Shown piece by piece: positions 14,076-27,600 of a stretch of 64,000 bases of DNA. Both the position numbers and the translations under genes were made by a program. Position 1 is the first letter of the stretch. Each line of letters begins with the position of its first letter. The notes beneath the pieces were generated by a model. It did no database searches, was not told the DNA's origin, and worked only from the letters and a program-made list of their open reading frames with translations. Source of the stretch: Flectonema sp. DT1601 (Eukaryota); assembly GCA_964019425.1 (NCBI GenBank), contig OZ025787.1, positions 620,001 through 684,000 of the forward strand, in the 5' to 3' direction.

Positions 14076-15184
14076 CGACAAACCTCTGTGGGGGGAGTTG
14101 TTTAGTTATTTTAATGAATTCACGCAATTGCCTTTTGATTTCAATTGTTAATTATCAAGGCTGCTGAGATGAAAAAAAATATAAAGTTCGTTTGTTTCTT
14201 TTTGTTTTGTTGTTAGGTACGTAACGCTAGTTGCTTCGGAAGAAGTCAACTTGTTTTTTTGATTTCTTATTCATGTATCCATCGATTCTTTTTTTAGATT
14301 GTGAACCGTCGCATGATTTATCCCTTTTTTAGAGTTTATCGATTTACGATATGCTATTCATTAATTTTATGTTTATTGGTCTATTTTTTTTCTGTTTCCG
14401 AAGTGATAATACGATATGCCGTGGGGTGTGTTCGCATCTCATTTCAATCGCTCACCTCGGTCACTCACTATCAGTCACTCATACATAGTGGCAGACCTGC
14501 CAGTACTGTTTTTATTTCTTCTTTTTTGGTTTTTTCTGCATTTAACAAGTATTGTAAGAGCTGTTTTCGTTGCACAAGCAAAAACAAAATATCACTATTC
14601 TGTGTGGTAGCCAATTCTATTTTCTTTAAAATTAATTTTTTTTTTTAAATTTTACCTATTCAGATTGAAAGCAGCCGTTATTTCTTAAGGTCAAAGTTAT
14701 TGACTTATTTTCATGTACGACAGGATTCTGTCTGCGTTCAACCCAATCCTAATAAGATTGGGTCTAATTACGTTGCTGTTGCCCTCGTAGCTCTATTAGA
14801 GTTAACCCGATGCTCTTTAGTTTGCTGTATCAGCGATGCACAGTACGCAATGTATTGGACTTCCTTATCTATCTATCTACGAAATATCAGGCATCAATCT
14901 GTATGGCTTTCTTATTAATTTGTGTGTTACTCTTGTCGTATGGTGCTTGACCCGAATGAATCTTGCCTTCTTTGTGAGTTCAGAGCGAAAGCTTTTTCTT
15001 TGCGTTTGGCTTCGCTATTTATCATCATCGTCATCATTGCAAAGTATTTTAGGTGATAAAAAATAAACTTTTTTTTTGAGTTATCTGTGACAACAAGTTA
15101 TCTCAATTTCATCACACGCGTTAGAAAAAACTGATCTTCCCTGACTGTGGCTAATTGCCTAATATTCTTTTTATATTTTTCTCT

Positions 15185-15290
15185 TTGTACCGACGAAGTC
15201 GGAGAAGAAACTATTCAGATTGAAAGCTGTTATTTCTAATGGTTAAAGTTATTGATTTATTTTCCCGACAGGATTCTATCTGCGTTCAAG
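15185..15290 (+). repeat. ~110-bp dispersed non-coding repeat (GTACCGACGAAGTCGG...CTATTCAGATTGAAAG...CTGCGTTCA); further copies near 14656 (partial), 23277, 23588, 34280, 34590 and inverted at ~63030-63137
   Basis: Recognisable near-identical blocks in the array spacers, plus one reverse-complement copy at the right end of the window. Confidence 0.8.
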
Positions 15291-15599
15291 GAAATATAAC
15301 GATAAGGTTAATCTGAGGGTTTTTTTTGTTGCTCCCCAGTTCTGGAAGGCATTCTGACGGTGTCAGTTTGCAACAAAATCAAACAAACAAAAATCTTTGT
15401 TCGCTGTGTGTGAATCTTATTACTACTCAACCAGTAGACAGAACCTACATCGTCAAGTCAGCTATCAATCGCTTCTCTCCCCAGCTATTTTTAGTCATAT
15501 CGTAAATGACTTCTCAAGCGACGGATCTCTCTGTTCTCCGAGCTGTGTTATTGACTAAAAAGGTTTTTGTTCTCAACAGACACGAATATTGATCTGGCC

Positions 15600-15768
15600 A
15601 TACAAATTGCAGGGACCGCGTTAGGCTACAGGTGAAAGTATCGAATCCAAAACAAGAGAGAATGGATAAGTATTTTTATTATTTCCTTTAAACAGATCTC
15701 CTTGAATTAACTTGTGATCCACAACAATTAGATTACGTACCACATGGATGGTTGTCAGTTGTGGAGTC
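15600..15768 (+). pseudogene. Duplicated upstream region and first ~40 nt of the 43268 gene (ATG changed to ATT)
   Basis: Near identity to ~43141-43309, ending abruptly at GTGGAGTC. Confidence 0.85.
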
Positions 15769-16051
15769 AGTAAAGTAACAATAAAAGAAGAAATATAAGT
15801 TAGTTAAGTTACTCTTCCTTCTCTTCACTCCCCTTGTTTTGTAGTGAGCCACTACTATTCAGTGCACTCGTATATCTGTGAATTGATTTGGTATTATTTC
15901 ATTCATTTGCGAACTGTACATACAAATACTCTCACGATTACGGATTGATTAATTCATGGTGTGGAATCTGATGACCAATGAGGTAAAAGTGTATAGTTTT
16001 ATAATTTCAAAAGTATTTTCTCTCCAGGACAGTCATCACTATCCATAGAGA

Positions 16052-19000
16052 ATGCGATGTTTACTCCAATTGATAATCGTATTACTAATAGTACCGTATT
16101 CGGTGAATGGAGTGACATCACTGACTTGCGGAGATGAACAATCAACATCTTCTACTTCCTGGGGGATTCGTTCTGCGACTTCGAATACAGTTGATGGTGG
16201 GGTACCTTCGACTTTTAGATATAATCAGTCATGGGGTCAGGATATTGATGTTTATGTTTTAGATTCGGGTGTTGATTGTTCTCACAGTGAGTTAACTAAT
16301 TGTGAATTCGGAACAATCACATCGGAAGCTACCACTAGTGACGATATCCACGGGCACGGAACTCACGTTGCTGGAACTATCGCTGGTCTGAATTACGGGA
16401 TCAGTAGATCTACAAATATAATCTCTGTAAAAGTTACTGATGATAAAGGTGAAAGTAATGCTAGTAACATCGTAAAAGGGATCACCTGGGCTATCGATCA
16501 GGTTAAACTAAAAACCAGAAGAGCAATAATTCACATGTCTTTAGAAGTTCACAAATCAGCAATACTTGACAACTCTGTAAACGCTGCATCTGATGAAGGG
16601 ATAGTTGTAGTTACATCTGCTGGTAATGGAGGTACAGATGCCTGTAATGTCAGTCCAGGGTCAGCTGTGGAAAGTATTAACGTTGGTAATGCTGGTATTG
16701 AAGAAAGCCCTGGAGGAACTTTTCAATATTACATAGCCGGACTTTCTAATTGGGGTTCCTGTGTTGATGTTTTCGGACCTGGTAGGTTTATCGCCTCCGC
16801 GAGATCGAATACGATCGATTCTGAATCCACCATGTCTGGTACTTCCATGGCCGCCCCTCACGTCACTGGTGCTGTTGCTGCGTATCTCTCTGACAACCCA
16901 ACAGCCAGCGTTCAGGAAGCTAAGAACTTCATTATTAGTAATTCAGTTATTCGTTCAATGACTTTTGTTAATCGTACTACTGGTGTTCCTGTTAGAAGCA
17001 CCCCTTCGGTGAAATTCCTTAATATTCCCTGTGATGGTATGTCTGGTTGCTATTTTATTGAAGCAAGGTGACTTTATAAATTATTATAAATTAACAAACA
17101 GGATCGAAACAGGAGAATCCTGTAGGGTACTTAGCCACTGAAAACAACTGTTTTGAAGATTACGAACTTTTTGAAACTGCAACCGGAGCGATTGACTGGC
17201 CTACGGCGGACGACGTGTACCCAGATAGCCATGAAAAGTGTTGGAAGATATTATGTGAAGGTGAGAGTAGTTATCTTCAATTTCAATGGGACTTAGATAT
17301 TGCATCTGAGGATAAACTGTTGATAGGAAACGAAGTACCTACTTCCGATTATTTGAGAGGATCTCAAGTACTAAGGTTTACTTCAGAAAAAGATGAAAAA
17401 GACTCGAAGCGATACGAAGGGTTTAGTTTAACATATTGGTGTACAACTCAAATTATCACACCTGTTCCCACAAAAGCACCTTGTACGCAATTAGAAGCAG
17501 GTCGAAGTACTAGTACTTTTGCTTATCCAAGTGAGGGTAATTATGGGAAAAACCTTAGTGTTTGTTTTCATATTGACTGTCCGGGTGGTCAGGTTATTGC
17601 TCATTTTAACTACATAGATTTCGAGTGGGGTTATGATTCCTTATCCACCTATTCAAATACTCCAAATCCTCCTCTTGAATTATCTGGGTTTAAAGATGAT
17701 TTTGATGAAACGTATTATTATTATGATTATTTAACTATGAAACTTACGTCTGATTCGGAAGACGAGAGAAGAGGATTCTCTATCACATATTCTTGTTCTT
17801 ACACCCAAAAACCTGCAGCTGAGTCAGAGTTACCTCAAGCACACAATAACACTCACACGATACCTATCGTTACTGATACTTCATCAACAACGAGTGACAT
17901 CATTACATCAACTCTGACAGCTGAAGAATTTATAACAACACCGAGTAGCAAAACAACTTCAACGTTTGGAATAACTACGCAGACTGCTGCTGACACAGCA
18001 ACTTCTACTGTTGGCACAACTACACAGACTGCTGCTGACACAACAACTCCAACTGCTGGCACAACCACACAGACTGATGCTGAAACAGCAACTCCAACTG
18101 CTGGCACAACCACACAGACTGCTGCTGATACAGCAACTCCAACTGTTGGCACAACTACACAGACTGCTGTTGATACAGCAACTCCTACTGTTGGCACAAC
18201 TACACAGACTGCTGCTGATACAACAACTCCAACTGTTGGCACAACCACACAGACTGCTGCTGATACAACAACTCCAACTGTTGGCACAACTACACAGACT
18301 GCTGTTGATACAGCAACTCCAACTGTTGGCACAACCACACAGACTGCTGCTGATACAACAACTCCAACTGTTGGCACAACTACACAGACTGCTGTTGATA
18401 CAGCAACTCCTACTGTTGGCACAACTACACAGACTGCTGCTGATACAACAACTCCAACTGTTGGCACAACTACACAGACTGCTGCTGATACAACAACTCC
18501 AACTGTTGGCACAACTACACAGACTGCTGTTGATACAGCAACTCCAACTGTTGGCACAACCACACAGACTGCTGCTGATACAACAACTCCAACTGTTGGC
18601 ACAACTACACAGACTGCTGTTGATACAGCAACTCCTACTGTTGGCACAACTACACAGACTGCTGCTGATACAACAACTCCAACTGTTGGCACAACTACAC
18701 AGACTGCTGTTGATACAGCAACTCCTACTGTTGGCACAACTACACAGACTGCTGTTGATACAGCAACTCCTACTGTTGGCACAACTACACAGACTGCTGT
18801 TGATACAGCAACTCCAACTGTTGGCACAACTACACAGACTGCTGCTGATACAACAACTCCAACTGTTGGCACAACTACACAGACTGCTGTTGATACAGCA
18901 ACTCCTACTGTTGGCACAACCACACAGACTGCTGTTGATACAGCAACTCCTACTGTTGGCACAACTACACAGACTGCTGTTGATACAGCAACTCCAACTG

Positions 19001-22000
19001 TTGGCACAACTACACAGACTGCTGCTGATACAACAACTCCAACTGTTGGCACAACTACACAGACTGCTGTTGATACAACACCTCCAACTGTTGGCACAAC
19101 TACACAGACTGCTGTTGATACAGCAACTCCTACTGTTGGCACAACTACACAGACTGCTGCTGATACAACAACTCCAACTGTTGGCACAACTACACAGACT
19201 GCTGCTGATACAACAACTCCAACTGTTGGCACAACTACACAGACTGCTGCTGATACAACAACTCCTACTGTTGGCACAACTACACAGACTGCTGTTGATA
19301 CAGCAACTCCTACTGTTGGCACAACTACACAGACTGCTGTTGATACAGCAACTCCAACTGTTGGCACAACTACACAGACTGCTGCTGATACAACAACTCC
19401 AACTGTTGGCACAACTACACAGACTGCTGCTGATACAACAACTCCTACTGTTGGCACAACTACACAGACTGCTGTTGATACAGCAACTCCAACTGTTGGC
19501 ACAACTACACAGACTGCTGCTGATACAACAACTCCAACTGTTGGCACAACTACACAGACTGCTGTTGATACAGCAACTCCTACTGTTGGCACAACTACAC
19601 AGACGGCTGTTGATACAGCAACTCCAACTGTTGGCACAACTACACAGACTGCTGCTGATACAACAACTCCAACTGTTGGCACAACTACACAGACTGCTGT
19701 TGATACAACACCTCCAACTGTTGGCACAACTACACAGACTGCTGTTGATACAGCAACTCCAACTGTTGGCACAACTACACAGACTGCTGCTGATACAACA
19801 ACTCCAACTGTTGGCACAACTACACAGACTGCTGTTGATACAGCAACTCCAACTGTTGGCACAACTACACAGACTGCTGCTGATACAACAACTCCAACTG
19901 TTGGCACAACTACACAGACTGCTGCTGATACAACAACTCCAACTGTTGGCACAACTACACAGACTGCTGCTGACACAACAACTCCAACTGTTGGCACAAC
20001 TACACAGACTGCTGTTGATACAGCAACTCCAACTGTTGGCACAACTACACAGACTGCTGTTGATACAGCAACTCCTACTGTTGGCACAACTACACAGACT
20101 GCTGCTAATACAACAACTCCAACTGTTGGCACAACCACACAGACTGCTGCTAATACAACAACTCCAACTGCTGGCACAACCACACAGACTGCTGCTGACA
20201 CAACAACTCCAACTGTTGGCACAACCACACAGACTGCTGCTAATACAACAACTCCAACTGCTGGCACAACCACACAGACTGCTGCTGACACAACAACTCC
20301 AACTGCTGGCACAACTACACAGACTGCTGTTGATACAGCAACTCCAACTGTTGGCACAACTACACAGACTGCTGTTGATACAGCAACTCCTACTGTTGGC
20401 ACAACTACACAGACTGCTGCTAATACAACAACTCCAACTGTTGGCACAACCACACAGACTGCTGCTAATACAACAACTCCAACTGCTGGCACAACCACAC
20501 AGACTGCTGCTGACACAACAACTCCAACTGTTGGCACAACCACACAGACTGCTGCTAATACAACAACTCCAACTGCTGGCACAACCACACAGACTGCTGC
20601 TGACACAACAACTCCAACTGCTGGCACAACTACACAGACTGCTGTTGATACAGCAACTCCTACTGTTGGCACAACCACACAGACTGCTGCTGACACAACA
20701 ACTCCAACTGCTGGCACAACCACACAGACTGCTGCTGAAACAGCAACTCCAACTGCTGGCACAACCACACAGACTGCTGCTGACACAACAACTCCAACTG
20801 CTGGCACAACCACACAGACTGATGCTGAAACAGCAACTCCAACTGTTGGCACAACCACACAGACTGCTGCTGATACAGCAACTCCTACTGTTGGCACAAC
20901 TACACAGACTGCTGCTGACGCAACAACTCCAACTGCTGGCACAACTACACAGACTGCTGTTGATACAGCAACTCCTACTGTTGGCACAACCACACAGACT
21001 GCTGCTGACACAACAACTCCAACTGTTGGCACAACCACACAGACTGCTGCTGATACAGCAACTCCTACTGTTGGCACAACTACACAGACTGCTGCTGACA
21101 CAACAACTCCAACTGCTGGCACAACTACACAGACTGCTGTTGATACAGCAACTCCTACTGTTGGCACAACCACACAGACTGCTGCTGATACAACAACTCC
21201 AACTGCTGGCACAACCACACAGACTGCTGCTGACACAACAACTCCAACTGCTGGCACAACCACACAGACTGATGCTGAAACAGCAACTCCAACTGTTGGC
21301 ACAACTACACAGACTGCGGTTGATACAACAACTCCAACTGTTGGCACAAATACACAGACTGCTGCTGATACAGCAACTCGTATTGTTAGCACACCCACAC
21401 AGACTGCTGTTGATACAGCAACTCGTATTGTTAGCACACCCACACAGACTGCTGTTGATACAGCAACTCCTACTGTTGGCACAACTACACAGACCGCTGT
21501 TGATACAACAACTCCAACTGTTGGCACAACTACACAGACCGCTGTTGATACAACAACTCCAACTGTTGGCACAACTACACAGACTGCTGTTGATACAACA
21601 ACTCCAACTGTTGGCACAAGTACACAGACTGCTGCTGATACAGCAACTCGTATTGTTAGCACACCCACACAGACTGCTGTTGATACAACAACTCCAACTG
21701 TTGGCACAAGTACACAGACTGCTGCTGATACAGCAACTCGTATTGTTAGCACACCCACACAGGCTGCTGTTGATACAACAACTCCTACTGTTGGCACAAG
21801 TACACAGACTGCTGCTGATACAGCAACTCGTATTGTTAGCACACCCACACAGACTGCTGTTGATACAGCAACTCCTACTGTTGGCACAACTACACAGACT
21901 GCTGTTGATACAACAACTTCTACTGTTGGCACAATTACTCAGACTGCTGCTGACACAGCAGCTCCAACTGTTGGAACAAATACGCGGACTGCTGCTGGCA

Positions 22001-22779
22001 CATCAACTAAAACTATTGCTGATGCAAAAACCAAAACTGCTGTAACAAATATAGTGACACCCAGTTTGATTGCTACTCACTCGTTGTCTTCAATTGTTAG
22101 CAGCACTGTAACTAATGATGGAGAGACATCGTATGGCAGCATCACATCATCTCTGCCAGCAACTGAATTAACATCAACACCGAGTAGCAGCATCACATGG
22201 ACCGCTCCTCGCAGTATCAGCGCCACTACAGATATCACGAAAACGTTTTCTCGAAGTGTCACTAGTGATGCCACAATCACACCGATTGCGGATATTGCAA
22301 CCGAGACACTGACGATGGATGTTATCGTTGTGCGTGGTGTTTTCAACAGCGGGAACTGCATTACGTTTCTGTCCAGTGCGAAACAGATTGCAGATTTCGA
22401 AGACATAACAAAAGAAGTTCTGAAAGTTGTGAAGGCTGCATTCTCATATGAGTGTGGGAGTGTAATATTTGAAGTCACTGTACCCCTTCGTAACCTTACT
22501 GAGAGTTCTCGATTGACGAAGCTGACCGAGAGCAAGGATTTTGAAAGTGAATTAGATTCGAAACTCCGAGAAACCAAAAACAGAGACTTACTAAACACTC
22601 TTGGATTACTAACAAATGATATCCCAATCCCTACTCCGATGACTCCGACTGATGATCAGTTGGATACTTCTTTGATTATATTAGTAATTGTAGGTGGGGT
22701 CGTTGTGGTGACCCTCATCATTCTAATTCTGTGGAGATCGTATAGAAGGTCTCGTCGAAAAGCTCAATTACCAACTTAG
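16052..22779 (+). CDS. Subtilase-CUB-mucin copy 2, lacking the I9 propeptide; exons 16052-17036, 17102-22779 (2220 aa)
   Basis: Same intron and intact D/H/N/S motifs. In-frame loss of 73 codons after the signal peptide. Confidence 0.88.
17960..21990 (+). repeat. 45-nt coding minisatellite (TPTVGTTTQTAADTT) of copy 2
   Basis: Directly visible 15-aa periodicity. Confidence 0.95.
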
Positions 22780-24636
22780 AGACGAGCCGCTATGAAAAAG
22801 AATATAGAGTTCGTTAGTTTCGCATCTCATTTCAATCGCTCATATATGTGACTCACTATCAGTCACTCATAATTAGTGGCAGACCTGCCAGTACTGTTTT
22901 TTTCCTGCCTTTAAAAAGTATTGTAAAGAGCTAAGAAAATTGACTATCCCCGTAAACCTGCTTAAGTCAGTTCACGGTTTCGTTGCACAAGCAAAAACCA
23001 AACATCGCACCATTCTATAGTAGTCAATTCTATTTTTTTAAAATTATTATTTTTTGCATCTCCGTTTTTTCTCCCTTTTCCTTTTCTCTAATCGAGCGTC
23101 AACAAAACCAAACTAACATCTTTCTTTTAAGTGAAATCGGTTTCAAAAAGCAAAAACGTTTTGTGTGTTCGTAAAGGGTTTTCTGATCTGACTAGCAGCC
23201 CTATGTAAGTGATTCTTTAACCCCATTGTTGCCTCGGAATTACTAAACTAAATCAAAGGCTTAATTGTATTTTTATTTGTACCGCCGTATTCAGTACGGA
23301 GACGAAACTATTCAGATTGAAAGCAGCCGTTATTTCTAATGGTCAAAGTTATTGATTTATTTTCCACCTTGTGACGAGATTCTGTCTGCGTTCAACGAAA
23401 TATCAGGCAATAATCTGAATAGTTTTTTTTTTTTTAAATTTGTGACTCATTTTTTACGTGTGACGAAATAATCTTTTTTTTTTGAGTTATCTGTGACAAC
23501 AAGTTATCTCAATTTCATCACACGCGTTAGAAAAACTGATCTTCCCTGACTGTGGCTAATTGCCTAATATTCTTTTTATATTTTTCTTTTGTACCGACGA
23601 AGTCGGAGAAGAAACTATTCAGATTGAAAGCCGTTATTTCTAATGGTCAAAGTTATTGATTTATTTTCCCGACAGGATTCTATCTGCGTTCAGGGAAATA
23701 TAACGATAAGGTTAATCTGAGGGTTTTTTTTGTTGCTCCCCAGTTTTTGTCGAACTGGAAGGCATTCTGACAGTGTCAGTTTGCAACAAAATCAAACAAA
23801 CAAAAATCTTTGTTCGCTGTGTGTGAATCTTATTACTACTCAACCAGTAGACAGAACCTACATCGTCAAGTCAGCTATCAATCGCTTCTCTCCCCAGCTA
23901 TTTTTAGTCATATCGTAAATGACTTCTCAAGCGACGGATCTCTCTGTTCTCCGAGCTGTGCTATTGACTAAAAAGGTTTTTGTTCTCAACAAACAACGTC
24001 TTCTGGTCAATGGGACAAAAAATGTAATTTTCCCTTTTATCTTTTTTTTTTCTAAACGTATCTTTTCTTTGATTAACGACTACGAATATTTTTTTCCAGT
24101 CAAGTACTTGATATTAATCTTGTTTTTAATACACTGTTTTTGTATTGTCAAAGTTTCACCCCCAGTTTTTGGAAGGCATCCTGACAATAGCAGTTTGCAA
24201 CAAAATCGAACGAACAAAAATCTTTGTTCGCTGTGTGTGAATCTTATTAGTAGACAAAACCTACATCGTCATGTCAGCTATCAATCGCTTCTCTCCCCAG
24301 TTATTTTTAGTCATATCGTAAACGACTTCTCAAGCGACGGATCTCTCTGTTCTCCGAGCTGTGCTATTGACTAAAAAGGTTTTGTTCTCAACAGACACGT
24401 ATAGTGATGTGTTCATACAAATTGCAGGGACCAGTGTTACACTATAGTCATTTCTCTTTGAATTGATTTGGTATTGTTTCATTCATTTGCGAACTGTACA
24501 TACAAATACTCTCACCATTACAGATTGATTAATTCATGGTGTGGAATCTGATGACCAATGAGGTAAAAGTGTATAGTTAGTTTTATAATTTCAAAAAGTA
24601 TTTTCTCACCAGGACAGTCATCACTATCCATAGAGA

Positions 24637-27600
24637 ATGCCATGTTTACTTCAATTGATAATCGTATTACTAATAGTACCGTATTCGGTGAATGGAGAAA
24701 ATAGTGTCGGTAGGTGGATTATACTTGTGCGGCAGGGGAGTGATGAAGACGCAGTGGACAGACTGAAGATGGAACTGAAAGGGAAGTTAAGAAAAGAGTT
24801 CTTTATTGGGAGAAATAGAATATTGAGGGCTGTGATGTCTTCTGAAGAATCTGAACAACTTTATCACGACTTCAATGAAGAAATTGAATCAATAGAATAC
24901 GACGCCCAAGTTCGCGTTGCATCACTGACTTGCGGAGATGAACAATCAACATCTTCTACTTCCTGGGGGATTCGTTCTGCGACTTCGAATACAGTTGATG
25001 GTGGGGTACCTTCGACTTTTAGATATAATCAGTCATGGGGTCAGGGTATTGATGTTTATGTTTTAGATTCGGGTGTTGATTGTTCTCACAGTGAGTTAAC
25101 TAATTGTGAATTTGGAACAATCACATCGGAAGCTACCACTAGTGACGATATCCACGGGCACGGAACTCACGTTGCTGGAACCATCGCTGGTCAAGAACAC
25201 GGGATCAGTAGATCTACAAATATAATCTCTGTAAAGGTTATGAATGATAATGGTGGTGGTAGTGTTGGTGACATTGCAGAAGGGATCACCTGGGCTATCG
25301 ATCAGGTTAAACTAAAAACTGGAAGAGCAATTATTCACTTATCTTTGGAAGCTCCCAAATCAGCAATACTTGACAACTCTGTAAACGCTGCATCTGATGA
25401 AGGGATAGTTGTAGTTACATCTGCTGGTAATGGAGGTACAGATGCCTGTAATGTCAGTCCAGGGTCAGCTGTGGAAAGTATTAACGTTGGTAATGCTGGT
25501 ATTGAAGAAAGCCGTGGAGGAACTTTTCAATATTACATAGCCGGACTTTCTAATTGGGGTTCCTGTGTTGATGTTTTCGGACCTGGTAGGTTTATCGCCT
25601 CCGCGAGATCGAATACGATCGATTCTGAATCCACCATGTCTGGTACTTCCATGGCCGCCCCTCACGTCACTGGTGCTGTTGCTGCGTATCTCTCTGACAA
25701 CCCAACAGCCAGCGTTCAGGAAGCTAAGAACTTCATTATTAGTAATTCAGTTATTCGTTCAATGACTTTTGTTAATCGTACTACTGGTGTTCCTGTTAGA
25801 AGCACCCCTTCGGTGAAATTCCTTAATATTCCCTGTGATGGTATGTCTGGTTGCTATTTTATTGAAGCAAGGTGACTTTATAAATTATTATAAATTAACA
25901 AACAGGATCGATACAGGAGAATCCTGTAGGGTACTTAGCCACTGAAAACAACTGTTTTGAAGATTACGAACTTTTTGAAACTGCAACCGGAGCGATTGAC
26001 TGGCCTACGGCGGACGACGTGTACCCAGATAGCCATGAAAAGTGTTGGAAGATATTATGTGAAGGTGAGAGTAGTTATCTTCAATTTCAATGGGACTTAG
26101 ATATTGCATCTGAGGATAAACTGTTGATAGGAAACGAAGTACCTACTTCCGATTATTTGAGAGGATCTCAAGTACTAAGGTTTACTTCAGAAAAAGATGA
26201 AAAAGACTCGAAGCGATACGAAGGGTTTAGTTTAACATATTGGTGTTCAACTCAATTTGCCACACCTCTTCCTACACAAACAGCTTGTACACAATTAGAA
26301 GCAGGTCGAAGTACTAGTACTTTTGCTTATCCAAGTGAGGGTAATTATGAGAACAACCTTGATGTTTGTTTTCAAATTGACTGTTCTGGTGGTCAGGTTG
26401 TTGCTCATTTTAACTACATAGATGTGGAGTTGGGTTCTGATTTCTTTTACATCTATTCAAATAGTCCGAATTCTCATAATAGATTTACTGGGCCTCGCAA
26501 TGCATTTGATGCAACTTATTATGATTATTTAACTATGAAACTTACGTCTGATTCATCCGTACGGAAAAGAGGATTCTCTATCAGATATTCTTGTTCTTAC
26601 ACCAATACACTTACAGTTGGGCCCGAGTTACCTCAAGCACACAATAACACTCACACGATACCTATCGTTACTGATACTTCATCCACAACGAGTGACATCA
26701 TTACATCAACTCTGACAGCTGAAGAATTTACAGCAACGCCGAGTAGCACAACTACTTCAACTGTTGCTGAAACAGCTACGGAGACTGCTGCTGATACAGC
26801 AACTCCAACTGTTGGCACAACTACACAGACTGCTTTTGATACAACAACTCCAACTGTTGGCACAACTACACAGACTGCTGTTGATACAGCAACTCCAACT
26901 GTTGGCACAACTACACAGACTGCTGTTGATACAACAACTCCAACTGTTGGCACAACTACACAGACTGCTGTTGATACAACAACTCCAACTGTTGGCACAA
27001 CTACACAGACTGCTGTTGATACAGCAACTCCTACTGTTGGCACAACTACACAGACTGCTGTTGATACAACAACTCCAACTGTTGGCACAACTACACAGAC
27101 TGCTGTTGATACAGCAACTCCAACTGTTGGCACAACTACACAGACTGCTGTTGATACAGCAACTCCAACTGTTGGCACAACTACACAGACTGCTGTTGAT
27201 ACAACAACTCCAACTGTTGGCACAACTACACAGACTGCTGTTGATACAGCAACTCCTACTGTTGGCACAACTACACAGACTGCTGTTGATACAACAACTC
27301 CAACTGTTGGCACAACTACACAGACTGCTGCTGATACAGCAACTCCTGCTGTTGGCACAACCACACAGACTGCTGCTGATACAACAACTCCAACTGTTGG
27401 CACAACTACACAGACTGCTGCTGATACAGCAACTCCAACTGTTGGCACAACCACACAGACTGCTGTTGATACAGCAACTGCTGCTGTTGGCACAACTACA
27501 CAGACTGCTGTTGATACAGCAACTTCAACTGTTGGCACAACTACACGGACTGCTGCTGATACAACAACTCCTACTGTTGGCACAACCACACAGACTGCTG

